Source: Candidatus Omnitrophota bacterium
GTDB lineage: Bacteria; CAIJMQ01
DNA: 64,000 nucleotides
Direction: 5' to 3'
Assembly: GCA_018812925.1 (NCBI GenBank)
Contig: JAHJCU010000005.1
Coordinates: forward strand, 70,957-134,956
Shown: positions 1 through 9,868 of the stretch, in pieces
Position numbering within the stretch: the first letter of the stretch is position 1
Layout of the letters: every line of letters starts with the position of its first letter
Program-made: the position numbers and the translations under genes
Notes under the pieces: generated by a model
Told to the model about the DNA's origin: nothing
Seen by the model: only the letters and a program-made list of their open reading frames with translations
The model's database searches: none

Positions 1-36
1 ATTCGCATTAATATTGATAATAAGAAGAACTTTCAT

Positions 37-474
37 TTGGGTAAATCCGATTTCCTGAATCATGTGCTTTTCCCGACGGATTTCTCGAAGAACGCAGACA
101 ATGCTTTTGCGTATTTGCAAAAAATGGTTGAAAGCGAAGCAAAACGCGTAACGCTTTTACATGTTCAAAATAAAACCCGCATCACTCCTCATCTTGTCCA
201 TAGATTAGCGGAGTTTAATAAAATTGATATGGAGCGTCTTGAAAAAATGAAAGAAAAATTGACGAGTAAAAGCAAAGCATCCGTAAATATTCAAGTGGAC
301 AGCGGCTATCCGATGACGGAAATAATCCGACAATCAAAGAAAAACAAAGCGTCTCTTATACTCATGGGCAGCCAAGGGCACGGATTTGTTAGTGAAATAT
401 TCTTGGGTAGTGTAAGTCATAACGTAGCCAGAAATTCAAAGGTGCCGGTTTTACTTATCCCGATGACCCGTTAA
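37..474 (+). CDS. Universal stress protein (UspA family). The start is uncertain: no in-frame stop between position 1 and 37, so the gene may begin at a TTG at 37 or run off the window edge.
   Basis: Translation has UspA hallmarks: 'VTLLHV' early, then C-terminal 'LILMGSQGHGFVSEIFLGSVSHNVARNSKVPVLLIP' (ATP-binding G-x2-G-x9-G-S motif). Confidence 0.75.
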   Translation: MGKSDFLNHVLFPTDFSKNADNAFAYLQKMVESEAKRVTLLHVQNKTRITPHLVHRLAEFNKIDMERLEKMKEKLTSKSKASVNIQVDSGYPMTEIIRQSKKNKASLILMGSQGHGFVSEIFLGSVSHNVARNSKVPVLLIPMTR

Positions 475-623
475 TCGAAACGCAGTTCCGATTACCCCGT
501 AGAGTATCGGAAAAATATCCCTGCCCGCTGAAACAGTTTGTTGGCAGGCGGGGAAGAAATTTTTCCAATGTCTTACGTTGCGGGGTTCATCAAAGGAACA
601 AAATAAAAAAGAGGTTTCTCCCA

Positions 624-857
624 ATGAAAATTGAAATTTTAGGGACAGGATGTCCCAAGTGTAAAAAACTAACAGAACAAGTAGAAGAAGCAGTCAAGGA
701 GCTTGGCATTTCTGCGGAAATTGTTAAAGTGACGGATATACAAGACATTATAAATTATGGTGTTATGATGACGCCGGCTCTTGTTATTGACGGTGAGGTG
801 AAGTCAGCTGGCAGCGTTCCGTCTCCTGAGGAAATAATAAAACTATTAAAGGAGTGA
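624..857 (+). CDS. Small thioredoxin-fold protein ('redox-active disulfide protein 2' type).
   Basis: 77 aa. 'MKIEILGTGCPKCKKL' carries a CPKC redox motif at the N-terminus, typical of the TM0983-like thioredoxin family frequently linked to arsenic-resistance loci. A GAGG RBS lies upstream. Confidence 0.7.
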   Translation: MKIEILGTGCPKCKKLTEQVEEAVKELGISAEIVKVTDIQDIINYGVMMTPALVIDGEVKSAGSVPSPEEIIKLLKE

Positions 858-1294
858 ATGTGAATAGATTATTTTTAACAGGATTATTTATTTTTGCTTT
901 TGTTCTAAGTTTTTTAGATATGTCTTTTGCTGCAAATGAGGAGCAGGTTATTGCGTATTATTTCCATACAAATTTTCGCTGTGTTTCTTGTCACAAGATT
1001 GAGACGTATACAGAAGAATCAATAAAAAAATATTTCAGTAAACAAATAGAGTCTAATGAGCTTATTTATAAAGTGGTTAATGTCGAAGAAAAGGGAAATG
1101 AACATTTTATGCGGGATTATCAACTTTATACAAAATCAGTCGTTTTGTCTTTGGTGAAAGATGACAAAGAGATAAAATTTAAGAATTTAGATAAAGTGTG
1201 GAAACACCTGAATAATAAGGACGAGTTTTTTGAGTATATTAAAGAAGAAACACAAAAATTTCTTAACGAGATGAATTCAGAAGAAAAACAATGA
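854..1294 (+). CDS. Secreted thioredoxin-like protein (signal peptide plus CxxC).
   Basis: N-terminal hydrophobic signal 'LFLTGLFIFAFVLSFLDMSFA', then 'FRCVSCHKIE' (CxxC). It overlaps the upstream stop by 4 nt and the downstream start by 4 nt, indicating an operon. Confidence 0.5.
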   Translation: MNVNRLFLTGLFIFAFVLSFLDMSFAANEEQVIAYYFHTNFRCVSCHKIETYTEESIKKYFSKQIESNELIYKVVNVEEKGNEHFMRDYQLYTKSVVLSLVKDDKEIKFKNLDKVWKHLNNKDEFFEYIKEETQKFLNEMNSEEKQ

Positions 1295-1980
1295 TTGCAT
1301 TGCTTTCAGCATTATGGTTAGGCATTCTTACCTCAATAAGTCCTTGCCCTTTGGCGACAAATATTGCGGCTGTTTCGTTTCTTTCCAAAAAAATTAATCA
1401 TCCACGCACGGTTTTGTGGTCCGGATTGGCATATACGTTGGGAAGGATGACGGCATATGCTGTACTTGGTGTAATTATTATTTCTTCTTTAGCCGGAGTT
1501 CCGGTTGTTGCTAATTTTTTGCAAAAGTATATGAATAAAATTTTAGGTCCTGTTCTTATTATTGTTGGGCTTTTCCTTTTAGATGTCCTGAAATTAGATT
1601 TTTTAAACTTTTCAATATCAAGTGAAAAACATAATAAGCTGGCAGAAATGGGTATCTTCGGTTCATTTACCCTGGGTGCTGTTTTTGCGCTTTCTTTCTG
1701 TCCTATATCAGCAGCGCTGTTTTTCGGAAGTTTAATTCCTCTGGCATTGAATAATAATTTTGGCATAACATTTCCTTTTGTATACGGTATTGGGACAGGA
1801 TTACCTGTTGTTATTTTTGCAATAGGTATAACTTTTGGTGTTCATTCAATAGCGCACTGGTTTAAGCAGGTAACTAAACTTGAAAATTATATGCGAAAAG
1901 TTACCGGAGTTATATTTATCCTAGTGGGAATTTATTTCCTTTGGTCTCATATTATAGTTAATTTTATGTTAAGAGGGTGA
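1291..1980 (+). CDS. CcdA/DsbD-family transmembrane thiol:disulfide electron-transfer protein.
   Basis: Polytopic membrane protein with intramembrane Cys motifs 'ISPCPL' and 'SFCPIS', characteristic of the DsbD/CcdA cytochrome c biogenesis transmembrane region. Confidence 0.65.
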   Translation: MIALLSALWLGILTSISPCPLATNIAAVSFLSKKINHPRTVLWSGLAYTLGRMTAYAVLGVIIISSLAGVPVVANFLQKYMNKILGPVLIIVGLFLLDVLKLDFLNFSISSEKHNKLAEMGIFGSFTLGAVFALSFCPISAALFFGSLIPLALNNNFGITFPFVYGIGTGLPVVIFAIGITFGVHSIAHWFKQVTKLENYMRKVTGVIFILVGIYFLWSHIIVNFMLRG

Positions 1981-1986
1981 CCAAAA

Positions 1987-3069
1987 ATGGAACGAGTTAT
2001 TTATGAAAAAAAACTGAATATTTTCGAGAGATATCTTACTCTATGGGTATTTATCTGTATCGGGATAGGTATATTTCTTGGTAAATTTGCGCCCGGAATT
2101 GCCAGGACATTAGAAGGCATTGCAATAGCCAATGTTTCTATTCCCATTGCGATATGTCTTTTTTTCATGATGTATCCAATTATGGTGAAAATAGATTTTG
2201 CGGAAGTAATCAAGGCAGGGAAAACGCCGAAACCGGTTTTGCTGACTCTTTTTATTAACTGGATGATTAAACCTTTTACGATGTATTTTATAGCGACGTT
2301 TTTCTTGGGTTATTTATTTAAAAATATCCTGCCGGGAGTGGAAATACTTAAAGATGGAAATACCGTTGAGCTATATCGTTCGTATATATCTGGTGCGATA
2401 CTTTTAGGCATTGCCCCATGCACGGCTATGGTTTTGATGTGGAGTTACTTGGCAAAAGGCAATAGCGGGCTTACTTTGGTTATGGTTGCCGTTAATTCTT
2501 TAATGATGCTTTTTCTTTACGCCCCGTTGGGAGGATTTCTCCTTAGGATAAATCAAATGCCTATTCCTTGGATGACGATTGTTTTATCTGTGATATTTTA
2601 TGTCGCTATACCGCTTGCTGCAGGTTATTTTTCCCGAAAATGGATTATTAAATATAAAGGGAAAGAATGGTTTGAGAGAAAGTTTTTGCGGTTCTTAACT
2701 CCTGTTTCTATTGGAGCTTTGTTAGTAACGCTGGTTCTTTTGTTCTCTTTTAAGGGTGACGTTATTGTCGCTCAACCGCAAGTTATATTTTTGATTGCGA
2801 TTCCGTTGTTTATCCAAACTTGTCTTATTTTTGCGCTGGGATATATATTGGCTAGGGTTTTAAAATTGAAATATAAAGACGCTGCTCCGGCTGCAATGAT
2901 CGGGGCGAGCAATCATTTCGAAGTAGCGATTGCAACGGCTACAATGCTTTTCGGTCTTTCTTCGGGCGCGGCATTGGCGACAGTAGTTGGTGTTTTAATC
3001 GAAGTCCCGGTAATGCTTATGCTTGTCTCAATATGCAAAAACACCCGCCATTTCTTTTCTAATAAATAG
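1987..3069 (+). CDS. acr3: Arsenite efflux transporter, ACR3 family.
   Basis: 360-aa, 10-TM protein with ACR3/BART-superfamily sequence character ('[21 protein letters not shown]', '[10 protein letters not shown]', '[15 protein letters not shown]'). It immediately follows the thiol-redox trio. Confidence 0.8.
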   Translation: MERVIYEKKLNIFERYLTLWVFICIGIGIFLGKFAPGIARTLEGIAIANVSIPIAICLFFMMYPIMVKIDFAEVIKAGKTPKPVLLTLFINWMIKPFTMYFIATFFLGYLFKNILPGVEILKDGNTVELYRSYISGAILLGIAPCTAMVLMWSYLAKGNSGLTLVMVAVNSLMMLFLYAPLGGFLLRINQMPIPWMTIVLSVIFYVAIPLAAGYFSRKWIIKYKGKEWFERKFLRFLTPVSIGALLVTLVLLFSFKGDVIVAQPQVIFLIAIPLFIQTCLIFALGYILARVLKLKYKDAAPAAMIGASNHFEVAIATATMLFGLSSGAALATVVGVLIEVPVMLMLVSICKNTRHFFSNK

Positions 3070-3115
3070 TATAATATATCGGTTTTCATCCTAACATCTT
3101 TAAAATTTCAAAAAT

Positions 3116-4111
3116 ATGATTGTAGTAACCGGCGGGGCAGGATTTATCGGTAGCGCTATTGTATGGGCGCTTAATTTGAGAGGATACAATGAAATCCTGA
3201 TTGTTGACTTACTTGATAAGAGTAAAAAATGGGAAAATCTTGCTTGCTTAAAATTTTCCGATTCTATTGACAAGGATGAATTTATTGAAAAATTATATCA
3301 AGGAAAATTCTGTGACAAGATAGATGCAGTCATCCATATGGGCGCTGAAAGTTCTACGACTGTATATGAAACTGATTATCTTATGAAGAACAACTATGAA
3401 TATACAAAAAAATTGGCGATGTGGTGCATTAAAAATGACAAGAGATTTGTGTATGCTTCATCTGCCGCCACATACGGAAATGGTGACGAAGGGTTTTGCG
3501 ATGAACATTTGCAACTTGAAAAATTAAGGCCTCTAAATCCTTATGCCGATTCAAAACATCTTTTTGATTTATGGGCATATAGGCAGGGTTTGTTGGAAAA
3601 AATAGCAGGATTAAAATTCTTCAATTGTTTTGGTCCCAACGAATATCATAAAGAAAGTATGAAAAGCATGGTGCTTCAGGCTTTTGAGCAGATTAAAAAA
3701 AACGGAAAAGTTAAACTTTTTAAATCGTTTAATACACAATACAAAGACGGAGAACAATTGCGCGATTTTATATATGTTAAAGATGCGGCGGATATGACGT
3801 TATTTATATTTGAAAATAAAAAAGTAAATGGTATTTTTAATATCGGCACGGGAAAAGCACAAAGCTTCAACGAACTTGTGAATTCAGTCTTTGGAGCCAT
3901 GGGAAAAGACAGCAACATAGCATACATAGACATGCTGGAGTCAATAAAAGATAAATACCAATATTTTACCCAAGCCGATATGGGGAAATTAAAGGATGCA
4001 GGATATATAAAGAAAACTCATACACTTAAAGAAGCAGTCTATGATTATGTTAAGAATTATCTGTTAAAAGATAATTCTTATCTTAAAATAAACAACATTT
4101 CTTTTAGTTGA
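3116..4111 (+). CDS. hldD: ADP-L-glycero-D-manno-heptose 6-epimerase.
   Basis: 'MIVVTGGAGFIGSAIVWALN' Rossmann NAD motif, a YxxxK-type SDR-like core, length 331 aa, typical HldD/RfaD layout. Confidence 0.85.
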   Translation: MIVVTGGAGFIGSAIVWALNLRGYNEILIVDLLDKSKKWENLACLKFSDSIDKDEFIEKLYQGKFCDKIDAVIHMGAESSTTVYETDYLMKNNYEYTKKLAMWCIKNDKRFVYASSAATYGNGDEGFCDEHLQLEKLRPLNPYADSKHLFDLWAYRQGLLEKIAGLKFFNCFGPNEYHKESMKSMVLQAFEQIKKNGKVKLFKSFNTQYKDGEQLRDFIYVKDAADMTLFIFENKKVNGIFNIGTGKAQSFNELVNSVFGAMGKDSNIAYIDMLESIKDKYQYFTQADMGKLKDAGYIKKTHTLKEAVYDYVKNYLLKDNSYLKINNISFS

Positions 4112-4120
4112 AACTAAGCC

Positions 4121-5722
4121 ATGAAACAGATGAAGTGGATTAATAGTTTAGGAATATTTTTAGCAATTTTTTTTCTTACAGGATGCGGCGCCGCGCGCAT
4201 AAGAACTTCCGCTGACCGTGAAGTTTATAAAATATTAGAAAAGAAAACAAAAGAAGTTACCTCCGAAAAAATCCCATGGGATATCCGGTTCCAATCAATA
4301 CAAGAAACACCTTCCGAAGATACTCCTTTAACGCTTAAAGATGTTTTGATTATAGCTACAAAAAATAACCGAGATTATCAATCGGCAAAAGAAGACGTTT
4401 ATCTGCAAACATTAGCTTTAATTTCCCAAAGATATAATTATAGCTTGCGGTATGGAATAGACGGGACAGTAACATGGGAAAAAGATAGTTTAGGGACAGA
4501 AAATGTAAATGCAGATTTAAATTTGAATCTTGTAAAATGGTTGGCTCAAGGGGCTCAAATAACATTTAACATTGCCCAGGAGTATCTCAAGTATCTAATC
4601 GGGGATACTGACGGAATTTTTCAGACAGTTGTCGGTTTGGATATTCTGCAACCATTATTTAGAGGTGCCGGCAGGAGTGTTGCTCAAGCAGGTTTAATTC
4701 AGGCAGAAAGAGACGTAATATATCAAATAAGGTCTTTTTTAAGATATCAGCGAGGTTTTTCTGTAACTGTTGCAGATAAATATTTCACTCTACTGGAAGT
4801 AGAGAATAATCTTGAAAACTATTCTAAGAATTATATTTATTTAAAACAGACGAGAGGAAGGATAGAGATGCTTTCTGAAGCCGGTAGAGCTACTCCTATT
4901 GAGGTGGATCAGACAAGGCAGGATGAATATAGAGCGTATCAAAGTTGGCTTTCTGCTAATAATAATTATCAGAAGTTATTAGACGAATTTAAAATATTTT
5001 TAGGTCTTTCTCCTGAAATAAAAATTTCTCTTGAAGCTGAGGGGTTGGAAACATTTTTAGAAGAGGGTATATCCGAAATTAAAGTTGAGCCGCAAGAATC
5101 TGTAAAATTAGCTCTTGAGAAAAGGCTTGATTTAATGACAGCATATGACCAATTGGAAGACAGCAAAAGAGATGTGCACGTTGCCTTAAATGCATTAAGA
5201 ACAAGACTTGACTTAAATCTTGGCGTTGAAAGTAGAACTCCTACAGGAGATAAACCCAGTTGGGAATTTGAGGAGCCAACTTATACCGCAGGATTTAATT
5301 TGGAACTTCCATTAAACAAAGTTCCTGAAAGAAATGCTTATATACAAGCTTTAATTAGTTTTGAAAGAGAAAAAAGGAGTGTTACTCAAACAAGAGATGA
5401 GCTCAAACTTGATATCTTAAATCTCTGTCGAGATTTAGAAGAGTTATATCAGACATATATTATTCAAGACAAAAGCCTTAAACTTGCAAGTAAAAGAGTT
5501 GAAGGAACTGATTTGTTGCTTCAAGCAGGAAGAGCAACTACACGAGATTTGTTGGAAGCTCAAGAATCGTATCTTAACGCAAAGAATTCCTTATCAACGG
5601 CAATTGTAAACTATTTAGTTTCTTATCTGGAATTTTTAAGAGATACTGAAACTTTAGAAATTGATGAGGGTGGAGTATGGAAAGGAGACCTCTATGAAAA
5701 AATCAGTGGGGAAAGAGACTAA
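4121..5722 (+). CDS. TolC-family outer-membrane efflux protein (lipoprotein).
   Basis: Signal plus lipobox 'FLTGCGA'. 533 aa with the two repeated alpha-helical/beta-barrel halves typical of outer-membrane factor proteins. It is the first gene of the efflux operon. Confidence 0.75.
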   Translation: MKQMKWINSLGIFLAIFFLTGCGAARIRTSADREVYKILEKKTKEVTSEKIPWDIRFQSIQETPSEDTPLTLKDVLIIATKNNRDYQSAKEDVYLQTLALISQRYNYSLRYGIDGTVTWEKDSLGTENVNADLNLNLVKWLAQGAQITFNIAQEYLKYLIGDTDGIFQTVVGLDILQPLFRGAGRSVAQAGLIQAERDVIYQIRSFLRYQRGFSVTVADKYFTLLEVENNLENYSKNYIYLKQTRGRIEMLSEAGRATPIEVDQTRQDEYRAYQSWLSANNNYQKLLDEFKIFLGLSPEIKISLEAEGLETFLEEGISEIKVEPQESVKLALEKRLDLMTAYDQLEDSKRDVHVALNALRTRLDLNLGVESRTPTGDKPSWEFEEPTYTAGFNLELPLNKVPERNAYIQALISFEREKRSVTQTRDELKLDILNLCRDLEELYQTYIIQDKSLKLASKRVEGTDLLLQAGRATTRDLLEAQESYLNAKNSLSTAIVNYLVSYLEFLRDTETLEIDEGGVWKGDLYEKISGERD

Positions 5723-7436
5723 ATCTCATATCCGTTCGTTTATTAAGACAGCGCTACAGGGTAAAAATAAATTCTTCTTGGCGGGCGGAATTGTTTTTAT
5801 ATTTCTCTTGCTATTTCTTAACGGTTTTATTCACGGGAAAAAAAGGATAGAAGGACTAATTAGCTATGAAGTAAAAAGACAAGGTCTAGTTATATCTGTT
5901 GTAGAAGGAGGAAATCTCAAGGCACTGCGTTCTCAGAAAATTATTAATGAAGTCCCTGGTCAGCGGAATATTCTAGAGGTAATTGACGAAGGAATACTAA
6001 TCACTGAAAAGGATGTTCAGGACAGCAAAATCCTTATGAAACTTGATTCCAAGGATTTAGATGACCGCGCAGAGGAGTTAAGGATAACTGTAGAGAACAG
6101 TTTGTCGTCTTATACGCAGGCACAGCAAAATCTTGAAATACAGAAAAAACAGAATGACAGCGATATTATACAGGCAGAATTGAACGTCAAGTTTGCGAAG
6201 ATAGATTTAGAAAAATATTTAGGAGAGAAATTAGCTGGTGAGCTTATTATAAATGAGAGTGAGAATATAAACTTTTCAAAGTTGATAGCAAATCCGCAGT
6301 TGGAAGGAGAGGCTCTTAATAAGAAAAGGGAACTTGAGAATAGTATAGACCTTTCAAAAGAAGAAGTCGCTCGGGCGAAAGACAGAGTCCAGTGGAGCGA
6401 AAAATTATCCGAAAAAGAATATATAACAAAAAGTGAATTGGATGCAGACAGATTTTCTTTGCAACAACAAGAGGCCTCTTCAGAGAATTCTAAGTTAGGA
6501 TATCAACTTTTCCTGGATTACGACTTTCCCAAACAAGTGGCGTTACTTCTTTCTAATTATCAGGAATCTCTAAGAGAACTTGATAAAACAAAAGCCAAAT
6601 GTGGATCTGAAATTATTAAAGCAGAATCATATGTTAGAAGTAGCGAAGCAGCTTATTTAGGAATTAAGAATAATCTTAGTGAAGCGGAACAAAATATTGT
6701 CAAATGCACAATCAGGGCAACACAACCAGGGCTCGTTGTCTATGCAACAAGCAGTAACCCTTGGCGTTCACAGAATCCAATTCAACCAGGTACTACCGTG
6801 TACGACAGGCAAGATTTATTGAATCTTCCAGATTTCAGCAGTATGGGAGTTGAAGTAAAGATTCATGAATCTTCAATAGAAAAAATAAAGGTTGGGCAAA
6901 AAGTCCTTATAAAAGTAGATGCTTGTAGTGGGAACCAATTTACTGGAGAAGTGAAAAAAGTTGCACCTTTGCCAGACGCTACTTTCAAATGGATGAACCC
7001 TGATTTGAATGTTTATCTCGTTGAAATTTCGCTTGATAAAAATGGGCAGAATTTTGATTGCCTAAAACCGGGGCTGTCTGCAGAAGTAGAAATCATGATT
7101 GAGAAATTAGAAAATGTTTTGGTGGTTCCTTTAGCAGTCATATCACAAAGAGAAGGAAAATCCACCTGTGCTGTTCTTAGAGGAAGTAGGATTGACATTA
7201 GAAAAATCGAACTTGGTAGTAGTAGTGAAGATATGGTAGAAGTAAAAAGTGGATTAAAAGAAAGGGAAATCGTAGTAATATTGTCCGGTGAAATGGGAGA
7301 ACAAGTTAAAAAAACGCCCATGGCTGAAACAGGAAAATTTAAGAGCGAAGAGACAGAGAATATGCCGACAGAACAACCCCCAACGACGAATACAACAAGA
7401 CCTGAAAATAGCGGAACAGGTAGACCTAATCGATAA
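5694..7436 (+). CDS. HlyD/MacA-type periplasmic adaptor (membrane fusion protein).
   Basis: N-terminal TM anchor 'FFLAGGIVFIFLLLFL', a long coiled-coil, and a C-terminal beta-barrel region ('VPLAVISQREGKSTCAVL'). A low-complexity Pro/Thr tail is present. The likely start is ATG at 5694 with an AAAGGAG RBS; the ORF caller extends it to 5661. Confidence 0.75.
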   Translation: MKKSVGKETKSHIRSFIKTALQGKNKFFLAGGIVFIFLLLFLNGFIHGKKRIEGLISYEVKRQGLVISVVEGGNLKALRSQKIINEVPGQRNILEVIDEGILITEKDVQDSKILMKLDSKDLDDRAEELRITVENSLSSYTQAQQNLEIQKKQNDSDIIQAELNVKFAKIDLEKYLGEKLAGELIINESENINFSKLIANPQLEGEALNKKRELENSIDLSKEEVARAKDRVQWSEKLSEKEYITKSELDADRFSLQQQEASSENSKLGYQLFLDYDFPKQVALLLSNYQESLRELDKTKAKCGSEIIKAESYVRSSEAAYLGIKNNLSEAEQNIVKCTIRATQPGLVVYATSSNPWRSQNPIQPGTTVYDRQDLLNLPDFSSMGVEVKIHESSIEKIKVGQKVLIKVDACSGNQFTGEVKKVAPLPDATFKWMNPDLNVYLVEISLDKNGQNFDCLKPGLSAEVEIMIEKLENVLVVPLAVISQREGKSTCAVLRGSRIDIRKIELGSSSEDMVEVKSGLKEREIVVILSGEMGEQVKKTPMAETGKFKSEETENMPTEQPPTTNTTRPENSGTGRPNR

Positions 7437-7441
7437 AGACA

Positions 7442-8122
7442 ATGAAGAAGGAAATAATAAACCTTGTCGATATTTGGAAAGTTTACAGACTTGGACCAGT
7501 AGATGTTCCCGTGCTTAAAGGAATTAACCTCTCCATAGAAACAGGCGAACATTTATCAATTATGGGTCCCTCCGGAAGCGGCAAGACAACTATTTTGAAT
7601 ATTCTCGGATGTCTTGATAAACCCACAGAAGGACAATATCTTATGGAAGAAAGAAAGATTTCCACTTTATCAGATGATGAACTCTCTGAAATTCGCAGTC
7701 GGAAAGTTGGTTTCGTTTTCCAGACATTCAACCTCATTCCTCAATTAACCGTATTAGAAAATATAGGCATTCCACTTTTTTATCAGGGAGTTGATGAAAT
7801 TACCATTAAAGAGAAAGCTTTTAAATTAGCAGATATTGTAGGTTTGGGAGAGCGTATTAAACATAGGCCTTCGGAACTTTCAGGAGGTGAGCGCCAAAGA
7901 GTTGCGATTGCCAGAGCTTTAATAAACCAACCCATTTTGATTTTAGCCGATGAACCGACGGGTAATCTCGACAGTGAAACCGGTAAGGAAATCATGGACC
8001 TGCTTATTCAGTTAAATAAAGAAGGCAAAACGCTCGTCGTAATAACTCACGACCCGAAAATAGCAGGTTACTCTCAAAAAGTAGTGCGGCTATTTGATGG
8101 GGAAATCGTAGATGAAAATTAA
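7442..8122 (+). CDS. ABC transporter ATP-binding protein, MacB/LolD type.
   Basis: Walker A 'GPSGSGKTT', signature 'LSGGERQRVAIARAL', Walker B 'ILILADEPT'. 226 aa. Confidence 0.85.
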   Translation: MKKEIINLVDIWKVYRLGPVDVPVLKGINLSIETGEHLSIMGPSGSGKTTILNILGCLDKPTEGQYLMEERKISTLSDDELSEIRSRKVGFVFQTFNLIPQLTVLENIGIPLFYQGVDEITIKEKAFKLADIVGLGERIKHRPSELSGGERQRVAIARALINQPILILADEPTGNLDSETGKEIMDLLIQLNKEGKTLVVITHDPKIAGYSQKVVRLFDGEIVDEN

Positions 8123-9383
8123 TATTCTTCATATTATAAGAATAGTAAAATTTGGGGGGAAGAATCTGTGGCTTCACAAACTTCGTTCTCTCCTTACTAT
8201 GCTGGGAATTGTTTTTGGAGTTGCTTCTGTGATAGCAATGCTTGCAATTGGAGAAGGCGCAAGTTTTGAAGCAAGGGAAAAAATTAAAGAACTTGGAAGC
8301 AATAATATAATTATCCGAAGCGTAAAACCACCAAGCGAAGCTGCAACTCAAATGACTTCTTGGCTTGATGTTTACGGTCTTGCTCCTTCAGATTTCAGAA
8401 AGATTTCGTCAATTCCTTCTATTGAAAATATTGTCCCTACATGGGAAATTAAAGAAGAAATTTGGCGTCTCGCCAAGAATACTCCGGGAAGAGTTGTGGG
8501 TACAACTCCCGATTATGCGGAAACCACCAATATGAAAGTTGAAAATGGTGGAAGATTCATTAATGAAGTCGATATGGATACGAGTAAATCGGTAGTTGTA
8601 ATAGGTTATTCAATAAAGAATATCCTTTTCCTTGGAGTAAATCCTATTGGTGAGAAAATAAAAATAAAGAGTAATTATTTCACCGTTATCGGTGTGGTGA
8701 AGGCGAAAGTATTTTCAAAAGGGACAGGAAGTTTCGAAGCCGAAGATATTAACTTTGATGTTTATCTTCCCTTGAGTACAGCAAGAGCTTATTTTGGAGA
8801 ATTCGACGTTAAAATGCGGACCAGACAGATGAGCTGGGTAAAGTTTCATCGCTTCATAGCGAAAGTTAAGGATACTAATAAAATCATGTCAACTTCAGCA
8901 TTGATAAACCAGATTTTAGAATCAACTCACAAAAATCCGGATTACGAAATCCTTGTCCCCTTAGAATTATTAAGACAGGCGGAACACACAAAAAGAATTT
9001 TTAGTATTGTTCTTGGTTCTATAGCAGCGATTTCATTACTTGTTGGCGGGATTGGAATTATGAATATTATGCTGGCAACGGTTACAGAACGAACCAGGGA
9101 AATTGGCATAAGAAGGGCGCTTGGAGCCAAAAGAAGAGATATTATCTATCAATTTGTTACAGAAGCCGTAATCCTTTCGGCTACGGGAGGATTTATTGGT
9201 GTGGTTATCGGTGTTGTAATTCCAGCAATAGTTTCCAAATTCGCAGACATGGTAACAATAATTACTCTATGGTCGGTATTGTTAGCTTTCCTTATTTCGG
9301 TTGCGGTAGGACTTACTTTTGGTATATATCCCGCTAGAAAAGCTGCGCTCTTAGATCCAATTGAAGCGTTGAGATATGAATAG
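8112..9383 (+). CDS. ABC transporter permease, FtsX/MacB-permease family.
   Basis: 423 aa with an N-terminal TM, a large periplasmic domain and a C-terminal FtsX-like 3-TM bundle ('IGIMNIMLATVTERTREIGIRRALGA'). Its start overlaps the ATPase stop. Confidence 0.8.
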   Translation: MKINILHIIRIVKFGGKNLWLHKLRSLLTMLGIVFGVASVIAMLAIGEGASFEAREKIKELGSNNIIIRSVKPPSEAATQMTSWLDVYGLAPSDFRKISSIPSIENIVPTWEIKEEIWRLAKNTPGRVVGTTPDYAETTNMKVENGGRFINEVDMDTSKSVVVIGYSIKNILFLGVNPIGEKIKIKSNYFTVIGVVKAKVFSKGTGSFEAEDINFDVYLPLSTARAYFGEFDVKMRTRQMSWVKFHRFIAKVKDTNKIMSTSALINQILESTHKNPDYEILVPLELLRQAEHTKRIFSIVLGSIAAISLLVGGIGIMNIMLATVTERTREIGIRRALGAKRRDIIYQFVTEAVILSATGGFIGVVIGVVIPAIVSKFADMVTIITLWSVLLAFLISVAVGLTFGIYPARKAALLDPIEALRYE

Positions 9384-9441
9384 CAAAATAAAAAATTTAA
9401 AACAAAAATTAAAATCAAAAATAAGAAAGTTAAGGAGATAA

Positions 9442-9792
9442 AGACCTGCTCGTCCACTCACGCGTGGCAAAATCGTTCTTATTCTTGCCGGCGGCGGAGC
9501 TAAATCTTTATCCCAGATAGGCGTTTTAAAAGTCCTTGAAAGAGAAAAAATTCCTATCGATATGCTCGTGGGATGTAGTATGGGCGCAATTGTGGGAGCT
9601 CTTTTTTCCATAGGAGTTCCCGTGGGAAAAATAGAAAGTATAATCCTGAATTTTTGCCAATTCAAACAGATAAAAGAAATAGAAAGAACATTTACCTCGG
9701 AAGCAGAAGGTATACAGAAAATTGGAGAATTTGTGAGGGATTTAAAAAGAAGTTATAGCCCAACTTCCTTTTCTAAAAAAAGCTCTTATTAA
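9442..9792 (+). pseudogene. Patatin-like phospholipase N-terminal fragment. It lacks a start codon and is truncated before the catalytic Asp region.
   Basis: The frame from 9442 encodes 'KIVLILAGGGAKSLSQIGVLKVLEREKIPIDMLVGCSMGAIVGALF', which carries the GGGxK oxyanion motif and the GxSxG nucleophile motif. There is no ATG/GTG/TTG before the first internal Met at 9562, and the ORF stops after ~110 aa, whereas full patatins are ~250-300 aa. Confidence 0.5.
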
Positions 9793-9868
9793 AAGCAACA
9801 CTGAGAAAAAGAAACTTAGAAAATTAGTTTTGCCCCTTTTTTATTGAAATAAGACTTACTGCGTAGAT

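Noticed and set aside
1398-1766. A 122-aa ORF on the minus strand.
   Set aside because: It is fully antisense to the CcdA-like gene, has no RBS and no motif, and is a typical shadow ORF in AT-rich DNA.
7013-7552. A 179-aa minus-strand ORF, plus short ORFs at 7254-7442 and 7288-7518.
   Set aside because: They are antisense to or overlap the HlyD 3' end and MacB start. They are low-complexity with no support.
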